40,313 nucleotides of DNA from Escherichia phage Mt1B1_P3, in sequence record MT496969.1; one strand, 5' to 3'. Below the pieces are notes generated by a model. It was not told where the DNA came from. It did no database searches and saw nothing but the letters and a program-made list of their open reading frames with translations. Shown piece by piece: positions 29,366 to 37,902 of this stretch (the first letter of the stretch is position 1; each line of letters begins with the position of its first letter). The translations under genes and the position numbers were made by a program.

Positions 29366-29825
29366 TGTACACCACCAGTTCTACTACCACAAGATTCAGA
29401 TGTGACTGGAAGCGCTGTGCGTCAGTCGTGTGCATCTGTAGCCGCTTGTGGTTGAATACGTGAGAGTTGCTAATCTTCACGTACACTTCGTCAGGCTTAC
29501 CGTGGACGATGAACGTCTGGCCTACACCAATCTTGTTGATGGTCAGGACTTCACGTTTAACGGTGACAGGAGGGACGCTTGAGGCTGGTAGGACCTGAGG
29601 TTTATCCTCTACGATTTCCTCAAGATTTTCGTTTACAACCCACGCCCCCCACATACCATCAGGCTGAGTGTTATGACCTGCTGCTCCGTGTTTGTATGTG
29701 CCACGCTCAGTGGATTCCACCAGAGTATGTCCGTTTGATGGTGCAGGGTCTTTCGCACATTTCGTAACGATAGTGCCTTTAGGCCACCCGTAGCCACTAA
29801 CCTTAAGTCTATATTTCTGAGTCAT
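29355..29825 (-). CDS. Hypothetical 156-aa protein inserted between endonuclease I and lysozyme
   Basis: ATG overlaps gp3 stop (TGATG) with AAGGAG 7 nt upstream; 3' end overlaps lysozyme start by 11 nt. No recognised motif. No T7 gene at this position. Confidence 0.7.
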   Translation of the reverse strand: MTQKYRLKVSGYGWPKGTIVTKCAKDPAPSNGHTLVESTERGTYKHGAAGHNTQPDGMWGAWVVNENLEEIVEDKPQVLPASSVPPVTVKREVLTINKIGVGQTFIVHGKPDEVYVKISNSHVFNHKRLQMHTTDAQRFQSHLNLVVVELVVYNGK

Positions 29826-30277
29826 CACTTAACTCCTTTCTTCTTGGGGATGAGGATACCTGAAGGCAGACGTACAGTCGCCTCTTTCAGCCACTCAACC
29901 GGGATGAACTTATCGGCATACTTATAGCCATTCTTTTCACACCATGCGCCATACGTGGTCGGAGACCCTTTGTATAGCTTGGAGCGGGAACTTGAGAACA
30001 CGAACCGGATGTCTAACTCTGGGTGCTGTTCTCGTACCAGAAGGTGCTTCTTACGGTCATCACTATCGAAGATACCTTTGGTCTCCACGATGATACCGTT
30101 AGGAAGGATAAAGTCTGGTGTATACTTGTGGTCGGAAGCCGGAATCACATAGTTGATATAATGGCTTTCGTACTCCGCTTTGACGCCATTCTGTTCCAGC
30201 CACTGCTGGTTCTTGGCTTCAAGTCCAGAGCGGTAGGCACCCACAGAGTGCCCCCGTTTTGCAGACCATTGGGCCAT
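29825..30277 (-). CDS. 3: Endonuclease I (Holliday junction resolvase) gp3
   Basis: 150 aa; aligns with T7 gp3 (GAYRSGLE, YVIPASxHxYTPDFxLPNGIxVETKG, DDRKKHLLxREQHPELDIRxVFSSSRxKLYKGSPT). Confidence 0.96.
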   Translation of the reverse strand: MAQWSAKRGHSVGAYRSGLEAKNQQWLEQNGVKAEYESHYINYVIPASDHKYTPDFILPNGIIVETKGIFDSDDRKKHLLVREQHPELDIRFVFSSSRSKLYKGSPTTYGAWCEKNGYKYADKFIPVEWLKEATVRLPSGILIPKKKGVK

Positions 30278-30975
30278 TAGAAGTCGTAATCGCCACCAGA
30301 GTTGGAGTCGTCACCACCTTCGGAACCATCGTCACCGAAGTCATCGTCACCGAAGTCACCATCGGTTGACGCTTTGTAGCCAGTACCGAGGTCTTCATCA
30401 TCACCCCAGCCACCATCGCCACCAGCACCATCACCTTTCCATTCCTTCAGTTCTACCAGAAGGCAGGACTCAAGCTGGAGCTTAACGCTTGCACCAGTCG
30501 CAGCGTTCCACTTGAACGGCAGGACTTTAAACTTGACCTTCAGCTTTGAGCCAGCGCCAATATTCGGGACGTCACGGATTAACTTAGCATCGGTGTCGTA
30601 GAACCGTAATACGATAGGCTCTGACTTGCCGTCTTTAAGGTAAGACGCAAAGCATTTAAACTTAAGGGTAACAGTACCGTCACCATTCTCAATCCACGGC
30701 ATGTCGCCTTCTCGTGGTTCAATAGGCTTCTTGCCACGCTGAACCTGAGGTGGGTTCTTCTCGTGGTCTGCGAGTGCTTTCGCATACGCATCGTCGTGAA
30801 TCTTCTGTAAGACATCAATCATCTTACGGACCTTAGGGTTGCTCAGGTCGAAAGTCAGGTTAACCTTATGCTCACCACGCTCGTTAAACTTGGTGTCTGC
30901 TTTGTTCAGCCATGCGTAAGGCTCAACGATACCAGATACCGGAGTGGTGAAAGTCTTCAGTTGCTCTTTAGCCAT
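30277..30975 (-). CDS. 2.5: Single-stranded DNA-binding protein gp2.5
   Basis: 232 aa (same as T7 gp2.5); acidic C-terminal tail ending in Phe (…GGDDSNSGGDYDF). Confidence 0.95.
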   Translation of the reverse strand: MAKEQLKTFTTPVSGIVEPYAWLNKADTKFNERGEHKVNLTFDLSNPKVRKMIDVLQKIHDDAYAKALADHEKNPPQVQRGKKPIEPREGDMPWIENGDGTVTLKFKCFASYLKDGKSEPIVLRFYDTDAKLIRDVPNIGAGSKLKVKFKVLPFKWNAATGASVKLQLESCLLVELKEWKGDGAGGDGGWGDDEDLGTGYKASTDGDFGDDDFGDDGSEGGDDSNSGGDYDF

Positions 30976-31014
30976 TGGTGTACATCTCCTAATTTAAAGT
31001 TACGAACTGGACGT

Positions 31015-31037
31015 CTGTCCTACAGTGATAGTTTAGG
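31015..31037 (-). promoter_or_regulatory. Phage RNAP promoter phi2.5, TSS about 31020
   Basis: Minus strand ACCTAAACTATCACTGTAGGACAG (one change, -3 G). Confidence 0.6.
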
Positions 31038-31191
31038 TCTCAGGACGAATCCGTCCGACAACAAAACCAGCGTCCTCATACTCTTGGGACTTCAGGGTAG
31101 CCTCTTCAAGAGACTTTGCGTACACCGGAACCTCGAAGGACTGAACTCGACCCTCAAGCTCCACGATGTATTTCTTCTCAACCTCGGTCAT
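31033..31191 (-). CDS. 2: gp2-like inhibitor of host RNA polymerase
   Basis: C-terminal block [14 protein letters not shown]...[11 protein letters not shown] matches T7 gp2 (SFEVPIYAETLDEA...AGFEVTRVRP). Start chosen at ATG 31191 (AAGGAG RBS); in-frame upstream ATG 31209 and GTG 31269 possible. Confidence 0.75.
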   Translation of the reverse strand: MTEVEKKYIVELEGRVQSFEVPVYAKSLEEATLKSQEYEDAGFVVGRIRPET

Positions 31192-31278
31192 AAACCGCGC
31201 TCCTTCCATTGGTTGTATAACGTAATGTAGTCCGGGTTGAGAGTCTTCTCGTACATCTCCCGGCACCACTCACTAGGT

Positions 31279-31506
31279 TTAAGCATATCTGTTCACCATT
31301 ACACAGTCGTCAGAATGGTCATACTCCTCTACCTTAATAATAATACTAGGAGTCTTCGTATAAGCAAACGGTAGGAGGTCATAGTCACAATATTCGCTGT
31401 GTCCTAATGAGAACTCTAACATACCCTTACGCAGCGCCTTATATGCTCGATAAAACCTGAGTGATCTACGCTTCACCCCTACAGCTTTAAGTTCTTCATA
31501 CGTCAT
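31279..31506 (-). CDS. Hypothetical protein (gene 1.8 position)
   Basis: 75 aa ORF, ATG start overlapping end of gp1.7; no recognised motif. Confidence 0.55.
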   Translation of the reverse strand: MTYEELKAVGVKRRSLRFYRAYKALRKGMLEFSLGHSEYCDYDLLPFAYTKTPSIIIKVEEYDHSDDCVMVNRYA

Positions 31507-31936
31507 AGCACTTACCTTTATGCAGGTCGAACAGCTCCTGATAGAAGGCCGCTTTGTTTAGGTCCTTCTCCATAGTTGCTAGCTCTGACTTCTTACCAGC
31601 TCGGAGTCGATACTTCAGGACGTTACCCATGCAGAACCCACGTAACTCGCTGACAGTCATTGACCGAGCGATAATCTCAATGGATTCCACACCGTCAAAG
31701 ACCTGATAGTGAGATGGCTTACGGACGCTATCTTCCTGACCTATGGTTGTCGGCTCGGACTGCGCCTGCTTGGTAATACTTAAGGAACTAATGGAGTGAG
31801 TGAGTGGTTCAGATAAACGGGGCCACTTAACAACAGCCACATGCTCATTCTTAACCACTATCACCTTGCCACAGGAGCGTCCCGTGTGGGCTTCAACTGG
31901 TCCAACATAGTTAACTGTATCCCCCACCTTAACCAT
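31496..31936 (-). CDS. 1.7: gp1.7-like protein (DUF3310-type, putative nucleotide kinase)
   Basis: 146 aa; C-terminal PSHYQ...IEIIARSMT...GFCMGNVLKYRLRAGKK...MEKDLNKAAFYQEL pattern characteristic of T7 gp1.7 family; strong GAAGGAGGTGA RBS. Confidence 0.65.
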   Translation of the reverse strand: MVKVGDTVNYVGPVEAHTGRSCGKVIVVKNEHVAVVKWPRLSEPLTHSISSLSITKQAQSEPTTIGQEDSVRKPSHYQVFDGVESIEIIARSMTVSELRGFCMGNVLKYRLRAGKKSELATMEKDLNKAAFYQELFDLHKGKCYDV

Positions 31937-32189
31937 TGATCACCTCCTTCACGAACTCAATAAACAGACGAACGCGAGGCCACTTGGTGTATACCACAGG
32001 TACGTCGGTCTCACGCTTTTGGCGAGCCTCTTCAGCTTTGCCGGGAGTAATCAGAGCATAGACTGTAGGTGACAGCTTAACGGCCTTCCCGAAGTATCCC
32101 AGCTTCTCGTTGCGCTTAATGCAAGCGAACGGGTTGTTAGACAGGTGGAAGGTATCGGTATAACGGTTGAACATTAAGTTCTTAGACAT
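31929..32189 (-). CDS. 1.6: gp1.6-like protein
   Basis: 86 aa (T7 gp1.6 is 88 aa) directly downstream of phi1.6; AAGGAGA RBS. Confidence 0.65.
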   Translation of the reverse strand: MSKNLMFNRYTDTFHLSNNPFACIKRNEKLGYFGKAVKLSPTVYALITPGKAEEARQKRETDVPVVYTKWPRVRLFIEFVKEVING

Positions 32190-32213
32190 AGAGTCTCCTT
32201 AGGTTGTTGATGG

Positions 32214-32236
32214 TTGTCCTATAGTGATAGCTTAGG
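32214..32236 (-). promoter_or_regulatory. Phage RNAP promoter phi1.6, TSS about 32219
   Basis: Minus strand CCTAAGCTATCACTATAGGACAA. Confidence 0.6.
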
Positions 32237-32321
32237 GTCTAGCTGGTGGCCAAGACGATAGCTTGCTAGCACAAAGCAAAGAAACCCAGCAGTCCGCTAA
32301 GACCACTGGGTTGAAATTTAG

Positions 32322-33398
32322 TTAACTCTTAACAGTTGGGTTATCTTCCGTTCCGCGCCAGCACTTGAAGCTAGGGTGACGAAGGGAACCATCTGGGAAC
32401 CGCTCCATGAAGAGGACTTCGCACTGCCAGCCTTCGTATGGGTTGATCTTCTCGGTCCCATCCTGAATAACCACATGGCCACCAGCCAAGGTATAACCAC
32501 TAGATTCAGCGACGTTAGCTGTGAACTCGTTCTTCTGTTCTTCAGTCAGACCACAAGCATTAACTACCATTCCGTCCTCCAGCAGAACCTCGAAGCCGAT
32601 GACCTTACCTTCGTTAGCCTTACCCGGAGTCCCCCACACGAGTCCGCATACGGTCCCGTCGATGGTATCCTCAGGCTTCATTTTCCACATGCCTGACTTC
32701 TTGCCACGCTTCCACTTACCCAGCGGGTCTTTGACTACCAGACCCTCATGTCCTTCCAGACGCTTCTCTTCGTACAGGGAGTTGAGCGACTCAAGGTCAT
32801 AGACCGTGTGTGACTCAGACAGAACCCAGTCGATTTCCGGGAAGTATTTCTGGAGGAGAGGGACGATAGCTTCAGCCTTCAGGCGTGTGACGCTATGGAT
32901 AGGACCTTCGGCTTTCGGGTCAGCAATGGTTGTCATGTCTACGACACCGTATACCACAACCTGAAGTCTTGACCGGGCTGCCCAGAACGGGACCTTCTTA
33001 CCACGCCACGGATAGCATTCAGCGAACTCCTCGTTGTTAGGCTTCAGCCACTTCGTGCGGATGAGACCTGAGGAGGTGTTGAAGTCTACACCTTTGACCA
33101 TGACCTCGCCATCAATCATCATGCCCACACCTTCGTAGCCAGCTTGACGCAGGAACCATCGCCAGTCAGCTTGTGTCCACGCATTCCCTAACTCAGAGTT
33201 CATCCACTCCAAGGCTGGAAGAGGTTTAGACTCACGGCTCAACCAGTAGGTCTCACCTTCACGCAGGACCGGGAGATTCAGTCGCACACCGTCGTACTTC
33301 ACTTCAGCTTCCAGAGACCCGGCTGCTTCCAGTGCCTTCTTAACGCCAGACTCAGAGTAATCTACAGCGCGGTGCGGGTTGGTTTTAATAGTTGTCAT
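32322..33398 (-). CDS. 1.3: ATP-dependent DNA ligase gp1.3
   Basis: 358 aa from ATG 33398 (MTTIKTNP..., cf. T7 MNIKTNP); adenylation motif KYDGVR; ATG overlaps gp1.2 stop. Track start 33413 adds 5 residues. Confidence 0.95.
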   Translation of the reverse strand: MTTIKTNPHRAVDYSESGVKKALEAAGSLEAEVKYDGVRLNLPVLREGETYWLSRESKPLPALEWMNSELGNAWTQADWRWFLRQAGYEGVGMMIDGEVMVKGVDFNTSSGLIRTKWLKPNNEEFAECYPWRGKKVPFWAARSRLQVVVYGVVDMTTIADPKAEGPIHSVTRLKAEAIVPLLQKYFPEIDWVLSESHTVYDLESLNSLYEEKRLEGHEGLVVKDPLGKWKRGKKSGMWKMKPEDTIDGTVCGLVWGTPGKANEGKVIGFEVLLEDGMVVNACGLTEEQKNEFTANVAESSGYTLAGGHVVIQDGTEKINPYEGWQCEVLFMERFPDGSLRHPSFKCWRGTEDNPTVKS

Positions 33399-33661
33399 TA
33401 TGCTTTGCTCCATGTGTCGATATGGTCAGCGAGACCGTTGAGGTAGTTGGTTGCAGTATTATACAGCACGTCTTCATCGTAGTGTGTGAAGGTCTCAAGC
33501 GCGAAGATGTTACCAGCTCGGTCCTCCACCCTGAGTCTCATGCACTCTTGGCGTGACACATGGTCTTGAAACTCCTGAGATATAACAGCGAAGTCTAACT
33601 GGTAGAGCCTGTTACACGCTGCTCTGAAAGCGTTGAGGTTGCCACTATAAAGTCGGCCCAT
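33398..33661 (-). CDS. 1.2: gp1.2 (inhibitor of host dGTPase in T7)
   Basis: 87 aa; MGRLYSGNLNAFRAA...CMRLRVEDRAGN...HYDEDVLYN closely matches T7 gp1.2. Confidence 0.9.
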   Translation of the reverse strand: MGRLYSGNLNAFRAACNRLYQLDFAVISQEFQDHVSRQECMRLRVEDRAGNIFALETFTHYDEDVLYNTATNYLNGLADHIDTWSKA

Positions 33662-33665
33662 TTGG

Positions 33666-33845
33666 TTATGCTCCTACGAAGTATTTCTCTTGGTTGACCA
33701 GAGAGTCTTTACCTTCAGCATTACGGAAAGCGCCTTTGACACCACCACCACGCTTGGTCTTGTTCAGCTTGCGTCCATTCGGGATGTAGTCTTCAGTCTG
33801 CTGACGTTCACGAATGCGCTCGAAGTTGATAGTGTTCTGATACAT
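33666..33845 (-). CDS. 1.1: gp1.1-like small basic protein
   Basis: Hand translation MYQNTINFERIRERQQTEDYIPNGRKLNKTKRGGGVKGAFRNAEGKDSLVNQEKYFVGA (59 aa); GRKLNKTKR block as in T7 gp1.1. Below the 60-aa track cutoff. Confidence 0.7.
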   Translation of the reverse strand: MYQNTINFERIRERQQTEDYIPNGRKLNKTKRGGGVKGAFRNAEGKDSLVNQEKYFVGA

Positions 33846-33881
33846 GTGGTTAAATCTCCAGTAGTGTTTATTTAAGGTTAA

Positions 33882-33921
33882 TCATGAAGGCCACGACTTT
33901 GAGTCATGACCTTGAGTCTAA
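33882..33921 (-). promoter_or_regulatory. Putative RNase III processing hairpin (R1.1-like)
   Basis: Third copy of ATGAAGGCCAC-N11-ATGACCTTGAGTCTA element, in the leader of the phi1.1 transcript. Confidence 0.45.
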
Positions 33922-33941
33922 TCCTATAGTGATAGTTTAGG
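33919..33941 (-). promoter_or_regulatory. Phage RNAP promoter phi1.1, TSS about 33924
   Basis: Minus strand CCCTAAACTATCACTATAGGATTA. Confidence 0.65.
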
Positions 33942-34016
33942 GTTAACCTCTTCTGCGTTGGATTAAAGTGAATACTGCGAGTGCTCCTAGCCACAAGGCC
34001 AGTGACTGTAGGTCTG

Positions 34017-34232
34017 TCATTTGGCCTGCTCCAGCTTGGACACTGCGTCCTTCAGGTACTTCTCGTGGCTGGACTCGACCAGATCTACAAGAGTCTTGAA
34101 CGGGATGTTAAGCTGCTTGGACATCTTGGTCGGGATGACCGTGGTCTTCACCAGACCCGCGCCATTGTGTTCTGTTACGGTCACGATTTGAGTCCCACCA
34201 TTAACGCCAGTATGCTTGTGTGCAAATTTCAT
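34017..34232 (-). CDS. Hypothetical protein (71 aa) between RNAP and gene 1.1
   Basis: ATG with AAGGAG RBS; no recognised motif; no counterpart in T7 at this position. Confidence 0.6.
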   Translation of the reverse strand: MKFAHKHTGVNGGTQIVTVTEHNGAGLVKTTVIPTKMSKQLNIPFKTLVDLVESSHEKYLKDAVSKLEQAK

Positions 34233-34244
34233 AGCTCTCTCTCC

Positions 34245-34475
34245 TTATCTAATTCTAGGGAATGACGGATACTGAGTGCGCTCGTCTTCCATCCACGCGT
34301 TAAGCACTTCATCAATCGAAGCTATAAGGTTGTACTCGTTAGGTTGAATCCACCCAGTCACACCAGCTTGTAGTCTGTCTCGGAGAATGACTAAATCCTT
34401 ATAAGTAAGCTCTACATGGCAACGCCCCGACCCATCGTTGAATGCCTTGTTGTGTGCTACAAGTTTCATTGACAT
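34245..34475 (-). CDS. Hypothetical protein (76 aa) immediately downstream of RNAP
   Basis: ATG with AGGAG RBS 16 nt after the RNAP stop; no recognised motif. Confidence 0.6.
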   Translation of the reverse strand: MSMKLVAHNKAFNDGSGRCHVELTYKDLVILRDRLQAGVTGWIQPNEYNLIASIDEVLNAWMEDERTQYPSFPRIR

Positions 34476-34490
34476 ATACTTCTCCTGCTG

Positions 34491-37172
34491 TTACGCGAAT
34501 GCAAAGTCTGAAGACAAGATGTCTTCGATATTCAGTTTACCTTTCTTCGGAAGCTCAGGCAACTTGTCGCGCTGGCTCTCGTGAAGCTGGTATTCAAACT
34601 GCTCGTAGAAGTCAAGCAGCACATCGTTATCGCGGTAGGTCTCGACCATCGTCTCACGGACGCCACGGAACAGATACTCAGCGTCAGCCGGGATGGTCCC
34701 GAAGCTATCGTGAATCACTGCGAAGGACATCACGCCATACTTGCGGTGCGTGTGGACTACAGTCTTGCGTAGGTGGCTACCATCTTGTGAGTGGACGAAG
34801 TTCGGGCTAATGCCTGACTCCTGCTTGTGCTTGTCCAGCTCTTTCTTCGTGCCTTTGTTGACCGTAGGCTGAAGGTTGAATGACCCTAAGAACATCAGAT
34901 TCAGACGAGTGGTATCCTTCTTGCGGTATTCCTGCCAGACCGGGAAACCATCAGGTGTTACCCAGTGTACCGGAAGGCAAGGCTTCAGTATTTCTCCAGT
35001 CTTCTTGTCCTTCACTTCAGCAGCCAGCAGCTTGGCAGCACCCTGAAGCCACTTCATCGCGTCAACCGCAGCAACTACGGTCACGCTCACAGCTTCCCAA
35101 ATCATCTTAGCCATGAAGCGGGACGCTTGGCTTGGTTCGGTGAACATAGCGCCAGACCCTGAGTCAATCGCCGGCATCACGATGTCCTCATAAACTTGGT
35201 CTGCGAAGCCGTACTCTTTCGACCCATAGGCCAGAGTCATTACTGAACGCTTAGTGACCTTGCGTGACATGCCGTAAGTCAGCCACTGCCGGGCCAGCTC
35301 TCGTGTCCCCAGCTTGAGGCGTTCGGTAATCTCACCAGTTTTCTTGTCCTCGTGAGTTACCATCTCGTTGTCTGTGCCGTTAACCAGCAGGACTTTAAGC
35401 TCTTCCTCAATGCGGTCGGACACGATTCGGTAGATGTCTTGGACCTTACCGGAAGGCGTTAGGTTTACTGCATGTCCACCTATGTGATCACGAAGCATCG
35501 CGCTAAAGTGCTGAATCCCTGAGCATGACCCATCGAACGCTATCGGTAATGAGCAGGAGTAAGACAATCCGTGGTGCATTACACCAGCATACTCGAAGCA
35601 GAACGCAAGGAAGCAGAACGGAGAGTCTAACTTGCCCCACCACTCAATGCTATCCATCGGTGCCTTAGCAGCAGCCATAATGTTGTCGTGGTTGTCTTCC
35701 ACCCACTTGATGCGCTCCTCGAAGGTGACTTTATCAACACCCGCGCAGTTTGCACCATGGACCTTCAGCCATTTGAAACCGTCAGCACCAATAGGCTTAC
35801 CGACTGCCAGAGTAAGGAGACCTTTCTGCATGTCGTTACCCTGAGGGTTGAACATCGGAACAGCGTAGACGCGCCCACGCCAGTCCATGTTGTACGGGAA
35901 CCAGATGGCCTTGAACTGAGAGAACTTGTTCGCTTGGTTAACGATAAAGCTCAGTGACAATCTTCGCGACTGTCGGGCCTTCTCGCGGCGATAGATACCA
36001 GCAGCAGCCTTCTTCCATGCCTTGAGTTCCTCCTCAGTCTCACCCGCATAGTCTTCAGGCTTCAGTGGCTCCATCTGAGGGATGTCATCAATAGGCGTGT
36101 TGTTCAACTTCTCGACCATGTTCACCACGTCCAGTACCTTCTTGTTCACTTTCCAAGGTGTATTCTGGATGATATTCACAGCGTCATAGACTTCAGGCAT
36201 GTATACGTCTTCATAACGTGCCACCGCTGATTTAGACCCTAAGCGAATCAGGGGTAGCGGTCTGCGACCTTTGGCCCAGTACCCACCACCTACGACACCA
36301 GTCCACGGCTTAGGTGGAACGACGCAAGGCTGGTAGACTGGAGCTATACCCGCAAGGCTGAATCCTCGTTGTGCCATCTTCTTGACCCAGAAGTCTGACA
36401 GGTGGACCATCTCTACGTCAGCCGCTGCATTGCCAGCACCGTACCGCTTAAGCTCGACCAGTTGTGTTGACTGGATGACAATCTCAAGCATCTTGATGCC
36501 AACGTGGACAGCCTCTGTAGGACTCCAAGTTCCCCACGCATCTTCCAGTTGGCCTTGCTCCAGCATGGATGTCTCGACCGCTTGCATGTAGGCTTTCTTG
36601 TAGGACGCCCCGGCCCGCTTATTCAGGTTATCAGCTATCGCCTTCTTGAAGTGCTCTTTCTCTTTGTCACGGATGCGACCGAAGCGGATTTCGTCCTCAA
36701 GTGTGCGACCTATCGCGGAGGCCATCGGTGTAATCGGTATCCCTTCAGGCTTTACCAGCTTGGAGAGTATGACCTTCAGTATGATGACCGCAGCAGACTC
36801 GCAAGGGATACGCAGAGAGCGGTCCTTGACGGCCTTCTCTTCGGTGCTTAACATGGTGAACGCTACGCTAGGACGAGAGGTTGAAAGCTTCCCGTCTGGA
36901 CCTTCATACCACTCCCTGACGGCTTGCGCAATCTTAGGAACCAGAGTCTGCATCAAAGGCTTGGCGACCTGATTGTCTGCCAGTTCCCCGCGCTCAGTCT
37001 GTCGCTCAAGGTTTTTGATGAAACGTCGCTCGCCTTCAGTGTATGCCTCATGCTCAAGCTGAAGCTGCTTGACTGCAAGGTCCTTCCCGTAGTGGTCAGC
37101 CAGCAGGTTAAACGGCTCAATGGCGTTCGACACATCAGAGAAGTCGTGTTTATCAATAGAGATGACGCTCAT
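34491..37172 (-). CDS. 1: Single-subunit DNA-dependent RNA polymerase (T7 RNAP family)
   Basis: 893 aa; collinear with T7/T3 RNAP (KNDFSD...PFNxLADHYG, WFPYNMDWRGRVYAVPMFNPQGNDMxKGLLTLA, FDGSCSGIQHFSAMLRD, VMTLAYGS, IHDSFGT, C-terminal SDFAFA). Confidence 0.98.
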   Translation of the reverse strand: MSVISIDKHDFSDVSNAIEPFNLLADHYGKDLAVKQLQLEHEAYTEGERRFIKNLERQTERGELADNQVAKPLMQTLVPKIAQAVREWYEGPDGKLSTSRPSVAFTMLSTEEKAVKDRSLRIPCESAAVIILKVILSKLVKPEGIPITPMASAIGRTLEDEIRFGRIRDKEKEHFKKAIADNLNKRAGASYKKAYMQAVETSMLEQGQLEDAWGTWSPTEAVHVGIKMLEIVIQSTQLVELKRYGAGNAAADVEMVHLSDFWVKKMAQRGFSLAGIAPVYQPCVVPPKPWTGVVGGGYWAKGRRPLPLIRLGSKSAVARYEDVYMPEVYDAVNIIQNTPWKVNKKVLDVVNMVEKLNNTPIDDIPQMEPLKPEDYAGETEEELKAWKKAAAGIYRREKARQSRRLSLSFIVNQANKFSQFKAIWFPYNMDWRGRVYAVPMFNPQGNDMQKGLLTLAVGKPIGADGFKWLKVHGANCAGVDKVTFEERIKWVEDNHDNIMAAAKAPMDSIEWWGKLDSPFCFLAFCFEYAGVMHHGLSYSCSLPIAFDGSCSGIQHFSAMLRDHIGGHAVNLTPSGKVQDIYRIVSDRIEEELKVLLVNGTDNEMVTHEDKKTGEITERLKLGTRELARQWLTYGMSRKVTKRSVMTLAYGSKEYGFADQVYEDIVMPAIDSGSGAMFTEPSQASRFMAKMIWEAVSVTVVAAVDAMKWLQGAAKLLAAEVKDKKTGEILKPCLPVHWVTPDGFPVWQEYRKKDTTRLNLMFLGSFNLQPTVNKGTKKELDKHKQESGISPNFVHSQDGSHLRKTVVHTHRKYGVMSFAVIHDSFGTIPADAEYLFRGVRETMVETYRDNDVLLDFYEQFEYQLHESQRDKLPELPKKGKLNIEDILSSDFAFA

Positions 37173-37240
37173 ACTTAAAGTCCTTGTTATTAGTCTTTCA
37201 CTTAGAGTCTCTTTGGTCTTTCACTTGTAGTCTTAGACCT

Positions 37241-37263
37241 TTAGTCCTAAAGTGATAGTTAAG
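37241..37263 (-). promoter_or_regulatory. Degenerate phage-promoter-like sequence upstream of the RNAP gene
   Basis: Minus strand GACTTAACTATCACTTTAGGACTAA: upstream half matches consensus, but -3 and +3 deviate; functional status unknown. Confidence 0.3.
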
Positions 37264-37269
37264 TCATAA

Positions 37270-37530
37270 TCACTTGCATATCAGTTGGTTAGCGTGGAGA
37301 TGGCTGAAGTCACCATTGGTCGTGTGCTTGATGGTTGACCGTTGGTCCATCGCCTTCCAGCCTGAGACTAAAAGTTTACCATCGTCAGTGATCGGTCGTC
37401 CACCATACGCCAGACACATCAGTTCGTACTCATGGCCCTCAGCCTTCATGCGGCGATGTAAGAACTCGTCACGCTGTATTTGCTCTATACGGCTACGGAT
37501 AGATGGCTTGTTAATGTATACTGTTTTCAT
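37270..37530 (-). CDS. Early hypothetical protein (86 aa)
   Basis: ATG overlapping stop of upstream ORF (TAATG); no recognised motif. Confidence 0.55.
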   Translation of the reverse strand: MKTVYINKPSIRSRIEQIQRDEFLHRRMKAEGHEYELMCLAYGGRPITDDGKLLVSGWKAMDQRSTIKHTTNGDFSHLHANQLICK

Positions 37531-37727
37531 TACAGTTTGCTCCCAATAGTTGCTATATCCCAGACGTTCGCTAAGTTGCGCATGAATCGTCCGTTAGGTT
37601 GACGTACAGTCCAGCGGCCCAGACGTACATAGTTTAATTTGTATACTCTATGCGCTTTATTGATGTCTCTCACCAGCACGTAGGCGATAAGTCCATAGCC
37701 TATGGCTATCAATAGTGCAAGACTCAT
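37530..37727 (-). CDS. Early hypothetical small membrane protein (65 aa)
   Basis: N-terminal hydrophobic helix MSLALLIAIGYGLIAYVLV followed by basic region; weak RBS. Confidence 0.5.
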   Translation of the reverse strand: MSLALLIAIGYGLIAYVLVRDINKAHRVYKLNYVRLGRWTVRQPNGRFMRNLANVWDIATIGSKL

Positions 37728-37835
37728 AGTGATTTCCGTTTAATACAGTCGTATATCCCCCAAGCTATCAGAAAGATGACCGGAGATAAGCATACCAAAT
37801 GTCCAACACTCATAGTTAACCTCTATCAATTTAAG

Positions 37836-37888
37836 TGGTAATCTTTGAGGCCACCTATCAGTCGATGACCTCTCGTCTATCACTCAGC
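37836..37888 (-). promoter_or_regulatory. Putative RNase III processing hairpin (early region)
   Basis: AAGTGGTAATC...GAGGCCACC...GATGACCTCTCGTCTATCACTCAG; same family as elements at 38270, 39066, 39386. Confidence 0.45.
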
Positions 37889-37902
37889 TAGGCCTTACAC
37901 GG

